Part shown: positions 29,250 through 40,879 of the stretch, one piece after another | Position numbering within the stretch: position 1 is the stretch's first letter | Layout: the number at the start of each line of letters is the position of its first letter | Origin: Promethearchaeota archaeon | Lineage (GTDB): Archaea > Asgardarchaeota > Lokiarchaeia > Sigyniarchaeales > SOKP01 | Direction of reading: 5' to 3' | DNA: 64,000 nucleotides | Assembly (NCBI GenBank): GCA_048941015.1 | Contig: JBHLNZ010000009.1 | Coordinates: 1 to 64,000, forward strand | Translations under genes and position numbers: made by a program | The notes under the pieces: generated by a model | Databases searched by the model: none | Told to the model about the DNA's origin: nothing | What the model saw: only the letters and a program-made list of their open reading frames with translations

Positions 29250-31340
29250 TTGATGAAAAGGATGAAAATTAATAAAGTTAAAGATAAAAAACAAGATAAA
29301 ACCAAATTATTATCAGATAAAAAAAGTATAAGAAACGACTCTCATAATACCCATGATATGAGCGAAATGGGGCATAAAGGAAAAATAGACCAATCTACTC
29401 ACCATAGAATGATGATAAAAGATTTTCGGCGAAGATTTTATGTCTCGTTAATCGTTACCATACCGATTTTGATATTATCTCCTACTATTCAAGGATGGTT
29501 AGGATTGAATATCGTTATTCCCGGTGTGGATTTTATTCTACTAGCTATGGCGTCATTCATTTTCTTTTATGGTGGATGGCCCTTTCTTAAGGGAATTGTA
29601 AATGAGTTAAAGAAAAAGTCACCGGGAATGATGACCTTGATTGCGGTAGCTATTGCAGTAGCATATTTTTATAGTACAGCTACTATATTTGGATTGGAAG
29701 GAGATCCATTTTTTTGGGAATTAGCGACTTTAATTGATATTATGCTTCTTGGGCATTGGATTGAAATGAAATCCGTTTTAGGAGCTTCTAGAGCTTTAGA
29801 AAAATTGGTAGAATTAATGCCATCAACAGCTCATTTAATAAAAGATGAAGAGATCGTTGACGTAGGACTTAGTGAACTGAAAAAAGGAGACATAGTTTTA
29901 ATAAAACCTGGTGAGAAAATACCCTCCGATGGATCGATTATAAAAGGCTCGAGTTTTATAGATGAATCCATGTTAACGGGAGAATCTGTACCAGTTGAAA
30001 AAGAAAATGGAGACTTAGTTATTGGAGGATCGGTGAATGGGGATGGTTCCCTTGAAATTCAAGTAGAAAGTACAGGAGAAGATTCCTATTTGTCAAAAGT
30101 TATCAATTTAGTAAGGGATGCCCAAGCATCCAAATCAAAAACTCAACGACTTGCTGATAAAGCGGCATTTTGGCTTACGATTATAGCTCTTACGGTAGGA
30201 TTCACCACACTTTTTACTTGGTTATCGTTAGGAAAATCTTTTAATTTTTCAATTGAAAGAATGGCAACAGTAATGGTTATTACCTGTCCACATGCTCTTG
30301 GACTAGCAATTCCTCTAGTTGTTGCAATTTCAACATCAATCTCAGCAAAAAGTGGATTATTGATAAGGAATCGAACTGCATTTGAAGCTTCTAGAAAAAT
30401 TACTACTATAGTATTTGATAAAACTGGAACATTAACAAAAGGCACTTTTGGTGTAAATCTTGTTCAATCATTTGACAGTGATTATGATGAAGAGAAAATT
30501 ATTGAAATTGCAGCTTCTTTGGAGCAAAATTCTGAGCATCCAATTGCGAAGGGAATAGTTGAAAAAGCACATGTAATGAATCTTACCTTACAACAACCTT
30601 CAGATTTTAAAGCTATCAAGGGTAAAGGCGTTGAAGGAAAGATTAATGGAAAACTAGTTAGTGTAATTAGTCCAAACTATTTAAAAGAACTAGATATAAT
30701 CATCCCAGAAAACTTGAAGAGAGGCCCTATAGATACTGTGGTATTTATTCTTCTGAGTGAAAATAAATTAATTGGTGCTATTAGTCTTTCTGATCAAATC
30801 CGTGAAGATTCTTTTGAGGCTATTAAGAATTTAAAATCTATGGGTATTAAATGTTGGATGTTAACTGGTGATAATAGGAAGACTGCTAAAGCAGTTGCAG
30901 AGGAATTAAATCTTGATGGATATTATGCTGAAGTTCTTCCTCATGAAAAGTTAGAAAAAGTTAAAGAGTTGCAATCTAAAGGTGAATTTGTTGCTATGAC
31001 TGGTGATGGAATTAATGATGCTCCTGCTTTAGCTCAAGCTGATGTAGGAATTGCAATTGGATCTGGTACTGATGTTGCTGCTGAAACGGCAGACATCATT
31101 CTAGTAAATAGTAATCCAGAAGATGTAAATTCTCTCATTGGATTTGGAAAAGCAACTTATAGTAAAATGATTCAAAACCTAATTTGGGCAACAGGCTATA
31201 ACATATTTGCAATTCCACTTGCCGCAGGAGTTCTAATTAGTCTCGGAATATTAATTAACCCTGCAATCGGGGCAATTCTTATGTCTTTAAGTACAATTAT
31301 CGTTGCAATAAATGCCCGATTTCTAAAGTTAAAGAAATAA
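29250..31340 (+). CDS. copB: P1B-3 copper-exporting ATPase
   Basis: CPH transmembrane motif, DKTGT, TGES, SEHP, GDGIND, YN and MSLS; His/Met-rich N-terminus. Confidence 0.92.
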   Translation: MMKRMKINKVKDKKQDKTKLLSDKKSIRNDSHNTHDMSEMGHKGKIDQSTHHRMMIKDFRRRFYVSLIVTIPILILSPTIQGWLGLNIVIPGVDFILLAMASFIFFYGGWPFLKGIVNELKKKSPGMMTLIAVAIAVAYFYSTATIFGLEGDPFFWELATLIDIMLLGHWIEMKSVLGASRALEKLVELMPSTAHLIKDEEIVDVGLSELKKGDIVLIKPGEKIPSDGSIIKGSSFIDESMLTGESVPVEKENGDLVIGGSVNGDGSLEIQVESTGEDSYLSKVINLVRDAQASKSKTQRLADKAAFWLTIIALTVGFTTLFTWLSLGKSFNFSIERMATVMVITCPHALGLAIPLVVAISTSISAKSGLLIRNRTAFEASRKITTIVFDKTGTLTKGTFGVNLVQSFDSDYDEEKIIEIAASLEQNSEHPIAKGIVEKAHVMNLTLQQPSDFKAIKGKGVEGKINGKLVSVISPNYLKELDIIIPENLKRGPIDTVVFILLSENKLIGAISLSDQIREDSFEAIKNLKSMGIKCWMLTGDNRKTAKAVAEELNLDGYYAEVLPHEKLEKVKELQSKGEFVAMTGDGINDAPALAQADVGIAIGSGTDVAAETADIILVNSNPEDVNSLIGFGKATYSKMIQNLIWATGYNIFAIPLAAGVLISLGILINPAIGAILMSLSTIIVAINARFLKLKK

Positions 31341-31463
31341 TCAATTTTTTTCCTTAATAATTCTTTAAATTTTACTATTAGAAAGCCTTAAATAGTCGAA
31401 ATTGATATTAATCCCCACAGCAATATCTAATTAAAATATAGCAAGTTAATTTTAATAAGAGAG

Positions 31464-31781
31464 GTGAAATCACAAATGGTATATTTCTTAACTGTAATCT
31501 ACTTTCCCGGAGAGAAGGCAGAACAAATAGGTAAAGTTTTACCAAAATTACCAAAACTTCCCGATTTTGTTAAACCCCCCCAAATTTTTGCTACAGTTTC
31601 TAGTGATAATGGACAAATTAAAGCATATGGAATTTATGAAGTTGATGATAATAAATCTCATGAAGGATACGTTGCAATTGCAAAACGTTTAACGGGCTAT
31701 TTTGAAATAGAAGGAGTACAATATAAAATAGAACCTTTAATGACGCTACGGGAAGCATTAGCTATCATAGGACTCGGATAA
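31464..31781 (+). CDS. Hypothetical protein (probable ATG at MVYF)
   Basis: GAGGTGA RBS; protein-like composition. Confidence 0.7.
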   Translation: MKSQMVYFLTVIYFPGEKAEQIGKVLPKLPKLPDFVKPPQIFATVSSDNGQIKAYGIYEVDDNKSHEGYVAIAKRLTGYFEIEGVQYKIEPLMTLREALAIIGLG

Positions 31782-31941
31782 AATTTCCATAAATTTTTCA
31801 TATAAACCATTTAATTAACTTTTTTTTTATAAATTTATTTAATGGTAAGCTCGGTATTATCGGCCTTTACCCATAATCCTGAAATTGATAAATCTTCATT
31901 ATTTTAAAATATAAAAAAATAAAATTTTTACATTTATAACT

Positions 31942-32463
31942 TCAATCTCTTGGTAATATTCCACCAATAACTCCTAATATTCCTCCAGCAAGTAATAGAT
32001 AATTCCCTAGTGATACAGAAGCTCCATATCCCATTGGTCCAATTATTATATTGAGGGGAAATCCACCTAAAGTTTCACTTGAAAATGGAGCAATATAATC
32101 TATAACATTTGGAGGAACATTGAAAGGACCAGAGATAATAGCAAGTGCCATCGCGATCGGCATAATAGCTCCAATTATAGGAATTACTCGGTTTTTTACA
32201 CCGAGTAAGATTAGAATACCCGAAAATAGAAAGAATATAAGACATCCTCCTACAATATAAAGAACAAAGCCAGGTACTCCTGATCCCCAACTAGCAGCAA
32301 TAGATTCTGCATTTGCAAATGTTTCTGGTAAACTCATAATGATCCCTATACCATGCCCATAGTAAAGAGTGCCAGTTATATCAACTACAAACCACGCAAA
32401 GACAAAGGTTGCAAGTAGAGTTATAATTCCACCTATTAAACTTAAAAGTTTTCCTAATTCCAT
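31942..32463 (-). CDS. Membrane protein
   Basis: About 4 TMs; GGTGA RBS. Confidence 0.75.
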   Translation of the reverse strand: MELGKLLSLIGGIITLLATFVFAWFVVDITGTLYYGHGIGIIMSLPETFANAESIAASWGSGVPGFVLYIVGGCLIFFLFSGILILLGVKNRVIPIIGAIMPIAMALAIISGPFNVPPNVIDYIAPFSSETLGGFPLNIIIGPMGYGASVSLGNYLLLAGGILGVIGGILPRD

Positions 32464-32620
32464 TCTTGTTTCACCTATTCTTTTTACATTTAATTAAATA
32501 ACAGGTGTTATATTACACCTTAAAATATTTACTTAATAAACTTTCTTTTTTTAATTTATTATCCAATATATTCAGCAATAATTAACTATAAATAAATGAT
32601 AAAAGAATATTGTTATAATT

Positions 32621-34186
32621 ATGAGTGAAATTCAAGAACAATCCGAATCTACTACGGAATTTCGACTATCAAAAAAGAAATTTCTATTTAATTTAATAAA
32701 ATTAATTCCAAAGATGAGAAGGATAAGGAAACGGGTTGAAAGAATTCTAAGTGATACTAAAGTACCAACTCTTGACGTTAAAGCTCCTTCTGCAGAGACT
32801 ATTCAGAAAGATTTAGAAGATATTTGTAAAGTTCCACATCGAAGAATTGGCACTAATGAAGCTCATCAAATTGAAGATTTTTTATTAAGCAAATTAAAAG
32901 AATTTGGTTTAGAATCCTTAAAAAAAGAACCTATTGATGTAATTAATTGGACTGCTTCAAAATGGAAATTGCTTGTATCATCAAACGGAAACCAGATTGA
33001 AATTCCCTGCTTTTATGTTCTTAACACTGGTTTTACAAATGGTGAAGGGATAACAGCACCTTTAGTTTATGTTGGTACTGGTCAAATAAAGGATTTTAAG
33101 GGAGTTGATGTTCAAGGTAAGATTGTTGTGGCTGACATTGAATGTCCAACTTTACCTTTAGGAAAATTGATAAAGTTAGCAAAACTGTATTATGTTTCTG
33201 ATCCATCAAACTCAATTGATACAACTACTAAACTTATATTGACCTTTGTGTTGTCGAATATGCCTCCACAGGCTTTAGGTGGGAAAAGAAGGGAAGATTC
33301 GGTTTATTGGCGGGCATTTGATAGAGGTGCTCTAGGTTTAATATTGATTTTAAGGGATTATCCGTCAAATATTAATAGCCACTGGGGGCCATATGATGGT
33401 GTTATGAAACCGATTCCTGCATTATATGTTGGCAAATATGATGGAATTAAAGTTCGAGAATTAACTCAAGAAAACAGCTCTCTTGGTACAATTATTCTCG
33501 AAGGAGTTCAAGAACCTGCTATAGCACATAATATATGGGGTATCTTACCTGGAAGATCAGAAGAAATGATTATGATCTCCAGTCATCATGATTCAGCATT
33601 CAAGGGTGCTTCTGAAGATGGTACTGGAGTCGCGATGGTCTTAGCTCAATTAAGAGCATGGTCAAAAGTTCCAAAAAATGATCGTCCAAGATCGTTATTA
33701 TTTTGCTTATCTGCAGGACATCTATATGGTGGAATAGGCGCCGAAGCATTTGCCCGTAAATATAAAAACAGCTTCTTGAAAGACGTACTTGTAGACGTCA
33801 ACTTAGAACATATGTGTGCAAAAGAAGTCGAAGAAGATCCTGAAACTCACAATTTTAAGTTTACAAATAATTTAGCAATGGGAGCGGTATTTCTTTCACA
33901 AAATGAAAATTTAGTAGCACCCGTAGTTAAAGTTTGTAAGGATTACAATATAGACAGAATGATGTTAATTCCGGATAACTTTTTTGCAACACCTCCAATC
34001 GGAGAAGCAGGGCATTTTGTAACGCAAGCAGATTTAAAAGTAATTCATTGGATTAGATCTCCCTATTATTTATTGACCGCAGAAGATACACTGGATAAAA
34101 TTAATATGGATAAACTTAATTCTACTGCCCAATGTATCACTGAATTAATTAATTTACTAATGATTCTTCCAAAAGAAAAATTTTAA
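32621..34186 (+). CDS. M28-family peptidase with PA domain
   Basis: HRRIG, APLVYVG..GKIV, SSHHDS..GASEDGTG; variant SAGH metal motif. Confidence 0.8.
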   Translation: MSEIQEQSESTTEFRLSKKKFLFNLIKLIPKMRRIRKRVERILSDTKVPTLDVKAPSAETIQKDLEDICKVPHRRIGTNEAHQIEDFLLSKLKEFGLESLKKEPIDVINWTASKWKLLVSSNGNQIEIPCFYVLNTGFTNGEGITAPLVYVGTGQIKDFKGVDVQGKIVVADIECPTLPLGKLIKLAKLYYVSDPSNSIDTTTKLILTFVLSNMPPQALGGKRREDSVYWRAFDRGALGLILILRDYPSNINSHWGPYDGVMKPIPALYVGKYDGIKVRELTQENSSLGTIILEGVQEPAIAHNIWGILPGRSEEMIMISSHHDSAFKGASEDGTGVAMVLAQLRAWSKVPKNDRPRSLLFCLSAGHLYGGIGAEAFARKYKNSFLKDVLVDVNLEHMCAKEVEEDPETHNFKFTNNLAMGAVFLSQNENLVAPVVKVCKDYNIDRMMLIPDNFFATPPIGEAGHFVTQADLKVIHWIRSPYYLLTAEDTLDKINMDKLNSTAQCITELINLLMILPKEKF

Positions 34187-34260
34187 TAGAAATTTTCAAG
34201 ACATAAAGGTTTTAAATTGATTTTGATTAGTAATAAATATTTTTATTACAATGAGAAATT

Positions 34261-35505
34261 ATGAGTAAATATTTCAAGAGATCTAATATTATATATTCAA
34301 TTTCTATATGTATTTTGTTTATTCTGACCCTTCAATATTTTATTTCTTTTAGAAATTCAAATTTGGCAAGCCTAGAAAACAATTTGAAATTAAACGTATC
34401 AGAACCTGATTATTGGCCAACATCGGGTTGGATAACTTCCTTACCAGAGACTCAGGATATGTCTTCAAAAAAATTGGAAGCAATGGAGAATTATATAGAA
34501 AATCAGAACATAGATCATTATATTGATTCCTTATTAATTATAAGGAATGGATATCTTGTATATGAATCATATCCTTCAGATATGTATGACGCGAATGATC
34601 GTCATCATATTTATTCATGTACGAAAGTATTTACTTCAGCTCTTATTGGCATTGCCCTAAATGAAGGTTATATTACTGGGATTAATGATTTTGTCATTGA
34701 TTATTTCCCAAATAAAACGTTTGATAACATGGATTCTCGAAAGGAAGCAATAACGATTAAACATTTATTAACTATGACTTCCGGATTAGAATGGACAGAT
34801 GATATCAATTACTATCTGTTGGCTCACTCTACTGATTGGGTTCAATATATTTTGGATCAGCCTATGGTATCTGAACCCGGGGAGATATGGAACTATAATA
34901 CAGGCAATTCTCACTTATTATCAGCCATTATTGACCAAGAAACCCCAAGTGGAACTTCTGCTTATGCTAAAACAAAAATTTTTGATCCCTTAAATATTAC
35001 AAATTATTCATGGAATTTAGACTATCTAGGAATTCCAATAGGAGGGACTTTATTATATCTGACCCCAAGAGACATGGCGAAGTTTGGATTTCTATACCTT
35101 CATAAAGGTAATTGGAATGGTACTCAACTTATTCCTTCTAGCTGGGTTGTTGAATCTACTACATCTTCTGAGGATGTTGACTTTGATAGAGGTCATGGAA
35201 CTGGATATGGATACAAATGGTGGATCTATAAATGGGCTAATGCTTACACTGCCCGGGGGTCTTTTGAGCAATATATTGCAGTAATTCCGGATTTTAATTT
35301 AGTAGTAGTGTCTACTGGAAATAACTATTTTCAGTTTATCAGATTGTTGGTTAACTATATCCTTCCCTCTGCTGGTTTTTATCCTAATTTAAACGTTATC
35401 TTAATTATTTCCCTTAGTATTGGTTCAGCTGCTTTAGTTGTAGTTATAGGATTCATCTATTATCGCTTTCGTAAAAAGAGAGTAAAAGAAAATACATCTA
35501 ACTAA
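34261..35505 (+). CDS. Serine hydrolase (class C beta-lactamase fold), membrane-anchored
   Basis: SCTK (SxxK), LLTMTSG, YNT, GYGYKW; hydrophobic N- and C-termini. Confidence 0.88.
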   Translation: MSKYFKRSNIIYSISICILFILTLQYFISFRNSNLASLENNLKLNVSEPDYWPTSGWITSLPETQDMSSKKLEAMENYIENQNIDHYIDSLLIIRNGYLVYESYPSDMYDANDRHHIYSCTKVFTSALIGIALNEGYITGINDFVIDYFPNKTFDNMDSRKEAITIKHLLTMTSGLEWTDDINYYLLAHSTDWVQYILDQPMVSEPGEIWNYNTGNSHLLSAIIDQETPSGTSAYAKTKIFDPLNITNYSWNLDYLGIPIGGTLLYLTPRDMAKFGFLYLHKGNWNGTQLIPSSWVVESTTSSEDVDFDRGHGTGYGYKWWIYKWANAYTARGSFEQYIAVIPDFNLVVVSTGNNYFQFIRLLVNYILPSAGFYPNLNVILIISLSIGSAALVVVIGFIYYRFRKKRVKENTSN

Positions 35506-35632
35506 TTAATTTTTTACACTTTTTTTCATGAATATTTATTCGATATTCTTAAATATTCTCAAAAATAATTTTATTTAGTTAAGGATAATGAATAATTATT
35601 CTAAAAAGAAAAAAATTGAGCTGATATAGAAA

Positions 35633-35824
35633 TTGAGAAGTTATCAAGAAATAATAAAAGGAGATATTTTTGATAAGAAAGATTCCTACATTGTGAGTGG
35701 TAAACATACTAAAATGTGTTGGGGTTGCGAGACTAAACATAAGGAAGGTTACATGGTTAGAGATGTCTCGAAAATGCGAAGTATTTTCTTCTGCCAAGAT
35801 TGTTATGACAAATTGAATTCGTAA
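35633..35824 (+). CDS. Small zinc-finger-like protein
   Basis: CWGC and FCQDC pairs. Confidence 0.6.
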   Translation: MRSYQEIIKGDIFDKKDSYIVSGKHTKMCWGCETKHKEGYMVRDVSKMRSIFFCQDCYDKLNS

Positions 35825-35848
35825 AAAGTTATTTAATTTTAATAAGCA

Positions 35849-37930
35849 TTATATAGTTTCTTTAGCAATTTGGGTTTGATGATTTCTTTTTTTGAACGTG
35901 AAAATATCCGTAACAAAAGAATCCAAAACCCTCTCATGAGAAATAATAATCATTTGAGATGTATTAAGGGTATTAAAAATTTCTTGCATTCGATTAACCT
36001 GTTGTTGACTGAATCCATCGGTGGGCTCGTCTAATATTAATAAATCTTTTGTTTTAATCTCTTGATATCTTTCATTTATTATTTTATTTAATCCCAATCT
36101 ATAAGCTAAAGAAATCGCACTTTTTTCTCCTCCTGAAAGATCATGAAAAGGCGAGTCATGACCGTTAACATTGATTAAAGGTTGAAAATCATCGGGGCGG
36201 ATCTCAACTTCTATATTTCCTTCCTCGATAAGGATATTAAACCATTCTTTAAAATATAAATTGAAATCGTTAGCACTAGAAACCATTATTTCTCTTTCAA
36301 TGTCTCTTAATAATGTTGGGAACTCTTGGATTAGCCAATTTCGTATATCAGTCAAATATACCAGTTTTTGATTTAATCTTTTTTTAAGTGCTATATTAGA
36401 TTTTATCTGATCAATTTCTTGTGTCAAAAATTCAATAACTTTCTCTTCAGCACTTAATTTTTTTTCTAATTCACTTTTCTCGGAATTGAGTTTATCCACT
36501 TTTTCTTCTACGCTTTTTACAGTATCACTAACTTCTTTCTCTAACTTTCTTAAGCTTTGAATATCAGGGGCTCTAAAAGCACTTAATATCTCCTTTAACT
36601 CTTTCTGTAATTTTTCAATTTTTATAGCTAAATCTCTAAGCTGTTGTTTAAGATCTTTTTCTTGTTTCTTACTTGTTTCAAGTAACTTTTCGTATAATTC
36701 TTTTTTTTCTTTATTTATTTTATATTCTTGATAATCATGAAAATCTTCTTCTAATTTATTAATTTCTTTTGATAATAAATCCAATTCTTTTGAGATTGAA
36801 TCTTTAGTTATATGTGCTTCATTGAGCTCTTTTCTAAATCTCTCTTCTTCATGAATTTCTTGTCCACATAAAGAACATTTTCCTTGTTCTAATAATTTAT
36901 CAACATCTTTTATTTTTTGCACTATTACAGCTTTATTTTTTTCTTTGCTTGAAATATGTTTTCTTAATTCCGAAATTTGCTCGTTAAATTGTTTTTCATT
37001 TAATTCTACAGATAATTTTTTAAGTATAATTTTCCCTACATCATTTTCATACATTTTAATATTATTTTGAACAGTGTCAAGTTCTTTAATACTTTTTTTC
37101 CTTAACTCTTGACTTTCTTTGTATAAACTTTCTTTATTCTCTAATTCTATTATTTTTTTTGCGAAATCTTCTTTTTTCAATCTTGCTTTTATGAGATCTT
37201 GTATGGTATTGTCAATTTCTTTTTGTTTGAATTCCCTATTCTTTTTCAAATCATTAATTTTTGATTTTTGATTTTTTAATTCCATTTCTTTTTCAATGAT
37301 TAATTCCTCAAGATTTTCAAATTGGTTGAGTCTAAGGCTTATTTCTTTAATTTTATCTCTTAAATAATCTGATATAATATTTATATTTCTTAAAGAAATC
37401 TCATATTTCTCAATACCAAAAACATCCTTGAGAATTTCAAAGCGAGTATCTGGATTCGCTTCTAAAATTTCCTTTACGGATTCTTGAGGTGTGTATACTG
37501 TATATCTAAATAAATCGATACTTTTAGCTCTTTCATATCTTGGGATCGAATAATTAAGAATTTCTAATATTTTTCTCCGTAAATCAGTAGCAGCAAATGA
37601 AATCTTACTCCCATTTATGGATAATGAACCTTTTGTTTGAGAAATCTGACCTTTACTATTTTTTGAAAGACCTCTTTCTATCGTATATCGATTCTCATCG
37701 ATTAAAAAAGTGAGTTTTACAAGAGCTTTATTTTCACCACGTCTTAAAAGGGAATCACCGCTTAAATCTGCACTTGTTAATATTCCAAATAATGCGAATT
37801 CTAATGCTTTCAATACTGAAGATTTACCACTACCAATATCTCCAAAAAAGAGCATTGTTGTTTGAGGAAAAGGTATTGTTAAGTTTTTGATACTTCTAAT
37901 ATTATTAATTATAATTGATTCTAAAATCAA
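35849..37930 (-). CDS. rad50: Rad50/SbcC ATPase
   Basis: GDIGSGKS, coiled coils, CSLC zinc hook, LSGGE, LDEPT, SH. Confidence 0.92.
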   Translation of the reverse strand: MILESIIINNIRSIKNLTIPFPQTTMLFFGDIGSGKSSVLKALEFALFGILTSADLSGDSLLRRGENKALVKLTFLIDENRYTIERGLSKNSKGQISQTKGSLSINGSKISFAATDLRRKILEILNYSIPRYERAKSIDLFRYTVYTPQESVKEILEANPDTRFEILKDVFGIEKYEISLRNINIISDYLRDKIKEISLRLNQFENLEELIIEKEMELKNQKSKINDLKKNREFKQKEIDNTIQDLIKARLKKEDFAKKIIELENKESLYKESQELRKKSIKELDTVQNNIKMYENDVGKIILKKLSVELNEKQFNEQISELRKHISSKEKNKAVIVQKIKDVDKLLEQGKCSLCGQEIHEEERFRKELNEAHITKDSISKELDLLSKEINKLEEDFHDYQEYKINKEKKELYEKLLETSKKQEKDLKQQLRDLAIKIEKLQKELKEILSAFRAPDIQSLRKLEKEVSDTVKSVEEKVDKLNSEKSELEKKLSAEEKVIEFLTQEIDQIKSNIALKKRLNQKLVYLTDIRNWLIQEFPTLLRDIEREIMVSSANDFNLYFKEWFNILIEEGNIEVEIRPDDFQPLINVNGHDSPFHDLSGGEKSAISLAYRLGLNKIINERYQEIKTKDLLILDEPTDGFSQQQVNRMQEIFNTLNTSQMIIISHERVLDSFVTDIFTFKKRNHQTQIAKETI

Positions 37931-37932
37931 AT

Positions 37933-39276
37933 TTACTCCTCCTCGTCAGTTATGTCGAAAGTAGTGAGAAACTTTTGTATTAAATCATCATTATATTCTT
38001 TAACTTTCTGTCCTTCTTCTCTTTCATCACCTAAAGCTTCTAATATTTCGTGAATTCTCGTTTCCATAATCTCCTTGGAGATATTTTTAATTTTTGTTTG
38101 TTGAGCATGTTCATGAATTAATATCTTCTCTATTTCTTTGTTTGTTTTTCCTACAACAACACTTTTGGATCGATATTCTCTTGAAGAAAGTGCATTTTTA
38201 TTCAATAAAACCTCTATAGCACCCTTCTCAAAAAAATATTGTTTAATCTCATTAGTTTTAATTTCATAAGCTTTTCCAGAGGATAAGGTACCTTTTATTC
38301 TGATGGTAACTATTTTATCCTTAACATTCAAACTTGATATTGATTTTTTAATATGATCAAGAGCTTCTTTAACATTTTTATTATTACAATCAATCGAAAT
38401 TGAGCAGATTTCCTTCACTTTAAGTGGAACAAACTTAACGTGTAGATTAGAAATCTTTAGATTCTCATCCAAATCTCCAGAAACTAAACAAAAGCCACCA
38501 TATTGATAGTTTTCAAGTTCTCGAAAATCCGTGGGATACATAGATCCAGGATAAATTACATTATTCTTCTCAGTAATGTTAAGTGGTTCTTCCTTCTCTC
38601 TTAATGTTTCAGGAACAGTTTTATGAAGATGTCCTCCAGCATAATAATCAAAACCTGTAGGCAATAACGATTTGGGAGCGGATTCCATATCTCTATATTC
38701 CTTAGGTTTTAATTCACTTAATAAAGTATGAAGTACAAAAATTTTGGCCCCTTTTTCACTTTGAAGATTATGTCTAATTAAATTATTATAATCCTCTATC
38801 TCTAAGCTCCTTTTCCTTGCTCTTAAACCTGTTATCTTTATTTTAGTCTTAGGATCTTCTGTGAATATCAATTTTAACTTATCTTGACTGGTTATCTCGC
38901 CCTTTGAAACATCATTATATAATTCAGCGGAAACTAAAGGAAGAATCATGGTTTTATTGGAAGGAGAAAAATCATGGGATCCCATAATTCCATAAACAGG
39001 AATGTCATTATCTTTTAATTTTTTCAACTGTCTAACAGATAAGTCAACAATAGGGATACTAGGGTTGCTAACATCATACAAATCACCGCTTATTATGACA
39101 AAGTTGACTTTCTCTTTAATAATTATATCAATTGCTTGTTCAAATACCTCAAAACCCATTTGATTTAGGGTTTCATTTCGCCATGCTCCTAAATGACAAT
39201 CTGCTAAATGAGCAAATTTAATCTTCATTTTTTTCCCTTGTTGTTCATCAAATAATTTAGTTTGCTGTGTTTTCAT
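37933..39276 (-). CDS. mre11: Mre11/SbcD nuclease
   Basis: ADCHLG, SGDLYD, GSHD, GGHLH, YPGS. Confidence 0.92.
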   Translation of the reverse strand: MKTQQTKLFDEQQGKKMKIKFAHLADCHLGAWRNETLNQMGFEVFEQAIDIIIKEKVNFVIISGDLYDVSNPSIPIVDLSVRQLKKLKDNDIPVYGIMGSHDFSPSNKTMILPLVSAELYNDVSKGEITSQDKLKLIFTEDPKTKIKITGLRARKRSLEIEDYNNLIRHNLQSEKGAKIFVLHTLLSELKPKEYRDMESAPKSLLPTGFDYYAGGHLHKTVPETLREKEEPLNITEKNNVIYPGSMYPTDFRELENYQYGGFCLVSGDLDENLKISNLHVKFVPLKVKEICSISIDCNNKNVKEALDHIKKSISSLNVKDKIVTIRIKGTLSSGKAYEIKTNEIKQYFFEKGAIEVLLNKNALSSREYRSKSVVVGKTNKEIEKILIHEHAQQTKIKNISKEIMETRIHEILEALGDEREEGQKVKEYNDDLIQKFLTTFDITDEEE

Positions 39277-40865
39277 GAAAATCCTGGTGAAATTCTTTTA
39301 GTTTTTTTTGTAACTTGTTCTTTTTTAGCCCCCTTTATGAAATCTTCAAATAAGGGAATACTAATTGGAACTGCAAATTTAGTGAAAGTAGAAGTGACTA
39401 TTGCTTCCCCTTTATCTAAACTTCCAATAGTTTGATAATCTTCAGATAAATCTTGTGCTGAGCTTTCAATTAAAGCTCTCCGCTCAGGGCCCATCTCATT
39501 TCCTAAGATGATCTTAGTATTCATATTAGCTAATATTTCACGGTCTATTACGCTAGGTAGTTGGGTAATAGCAATAAGTCCAATTTGAAATTTTCTTCCT
39601 TCACGAGCAATTTTTCCGAATACATTATCTATAGACTCTAATACTTTTTTTCCAATTACTCGTGGAGCTTCTTCTATTACAATAGAAATCACTGGTTTAT
39701 CTTGTAATTGATCTTTAAATTTCAATCTTCTATATTCATTGAAAATACTTTCTACAATAATAGAAGCAATAAAGATTTCCTCAGAACCTTGAAATAATGA
39801 CGTATCTATTATTACAGTTTTACCTTTTGTTAAAGAAGTTATTATATCATGTGTAATTTGTTCATGACCATCAAAAGTATGAATGCCATTTTCCAAGATA
39901 TTTCCATCATCATCAGTAGTAATCCGTAATAGTAATCCAATTTTCCTTCTTAGAACTTCTATGGTATTAGGATGTATTCCTGACTGATTTCGACGTTCTT
40001 CAGTGAATTCATTAAACATTTCACGAATCCAATTTGTCTTATATGCTCTATAAAATGCAACGAGAGCCTGTATTTGAGGATCACTAAGTGTGATACTATC
40101 TATTATATGTCCAGGATTTATTAAATTAATATTAAACCGTAAATTAAAAGCGCCAGGTATTGATCTAATTGTATAGTAGTCTAAAAATTCATCTCTTTTA
40201 GGATGGTCTCGTAATCCTTTTTGAGTTATGCTTCCGTAATATTCATTGTGAGGATCAAATACTAACTTCCCACATTTATCATTTTCCATAAGATCATATA
40301 ACATTACTTTCACTAAGTTTGACTTTCCCCTTCCTGTTGCTGCGGGTATTAAGATATGGTGCTTTAATACTTCTATCGCATCTAATTTTACCTCAATATC
40401 CATAATTTTAGAGCCAGAACGTACCTTCCCTAAGCTTAATGGTGCATCAAACTGCTCTTCCTTAAAAAACTGAAGATGACCATCTTCTAAATTATATATA
40501 TCAGAAAAGAATTTTGGTAATTTCTTCGGTATTGATAACTCAAATTTCTTGGTTTCAGAATTTTTATTCACGGCTATTAATTCTCTTGCTTGAGCAAGAA
40601 CATAATTTCTCAATTCAGGCTCATAAATTTTAAGATCAGAAGATTCCCTTTCTAATCCATATCCCGCCATGAGTTCTAACGAACTTTCTGGGATTTGAGA
40701 ACCATAAAATAAATCTTTAATTTGGAATATAGAATAATTATCTTTATTTTCTCCAGCAACAAATAATTCTCCAAGCTCAAATTCTTTATCAGATTTCTGT
40801 CTTAATATTAATTTAACAAAAGTACCTGATACAAAACTACCAATTTTATCTCCTAAAACGCTCAT
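39273..40865 (-). CDS. herA: HerA helicase
   Basis: HAS barrel, [30 protein letters not shown]. Confidence 0.92.
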   Translation of the reverse strand: MSVLGDKIGSFVSGTFVKLILRQKSDKEFELGELFVAGENKDNYSIFQIKDLFYGSQIPESSLELMAGYGLERESSDLKIYEPELRNYVLAQARELIAVNKNSETKKFELSIPKKLPKFFSDIYNLEDGHLQFFKEEQFDAPLSLGKVRSGSKIMDIEVKLDAIEVLKHHILIPAATGRGKSNLVKVMLYDLMENDKCGKLVFDPHNEYYGSITQKGLRDHPKRDEFLDYYTIRSIPGAFNLRFNINLINPGHIIDSITLSDPQIQALVAFYRAYKTNWIREMFNEFTEERRNQSGIHPNTIEVLRRKIGLLLRITTDDDGNILENGIHTFDGHEQITHDIITSLTKGKTVIIDTSLFQGSEEIFIASIIVESIFNEYRRLKFKDQLQDKPVISIVIEEAPRVIGKKVLESIDNVFGKIAREGRKFQIGLIAITQLPSVIDREILANMNTKIILGNEMGPERRALIESSAQDLSEDYQTIGSLDKGEAIVTSTFTKFAVPISIPLFEDFIKGAKKEQVTKKTKRISPGFS

Positions 40866-40879
40866 TTTTTAATCTTTCA

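Noticed and set aside
35579-35797. Minus-strand 72-aa ORF downstream of rad50
   Set aside because: The plus-strand ORF with two CxxC pairs is more plausible.
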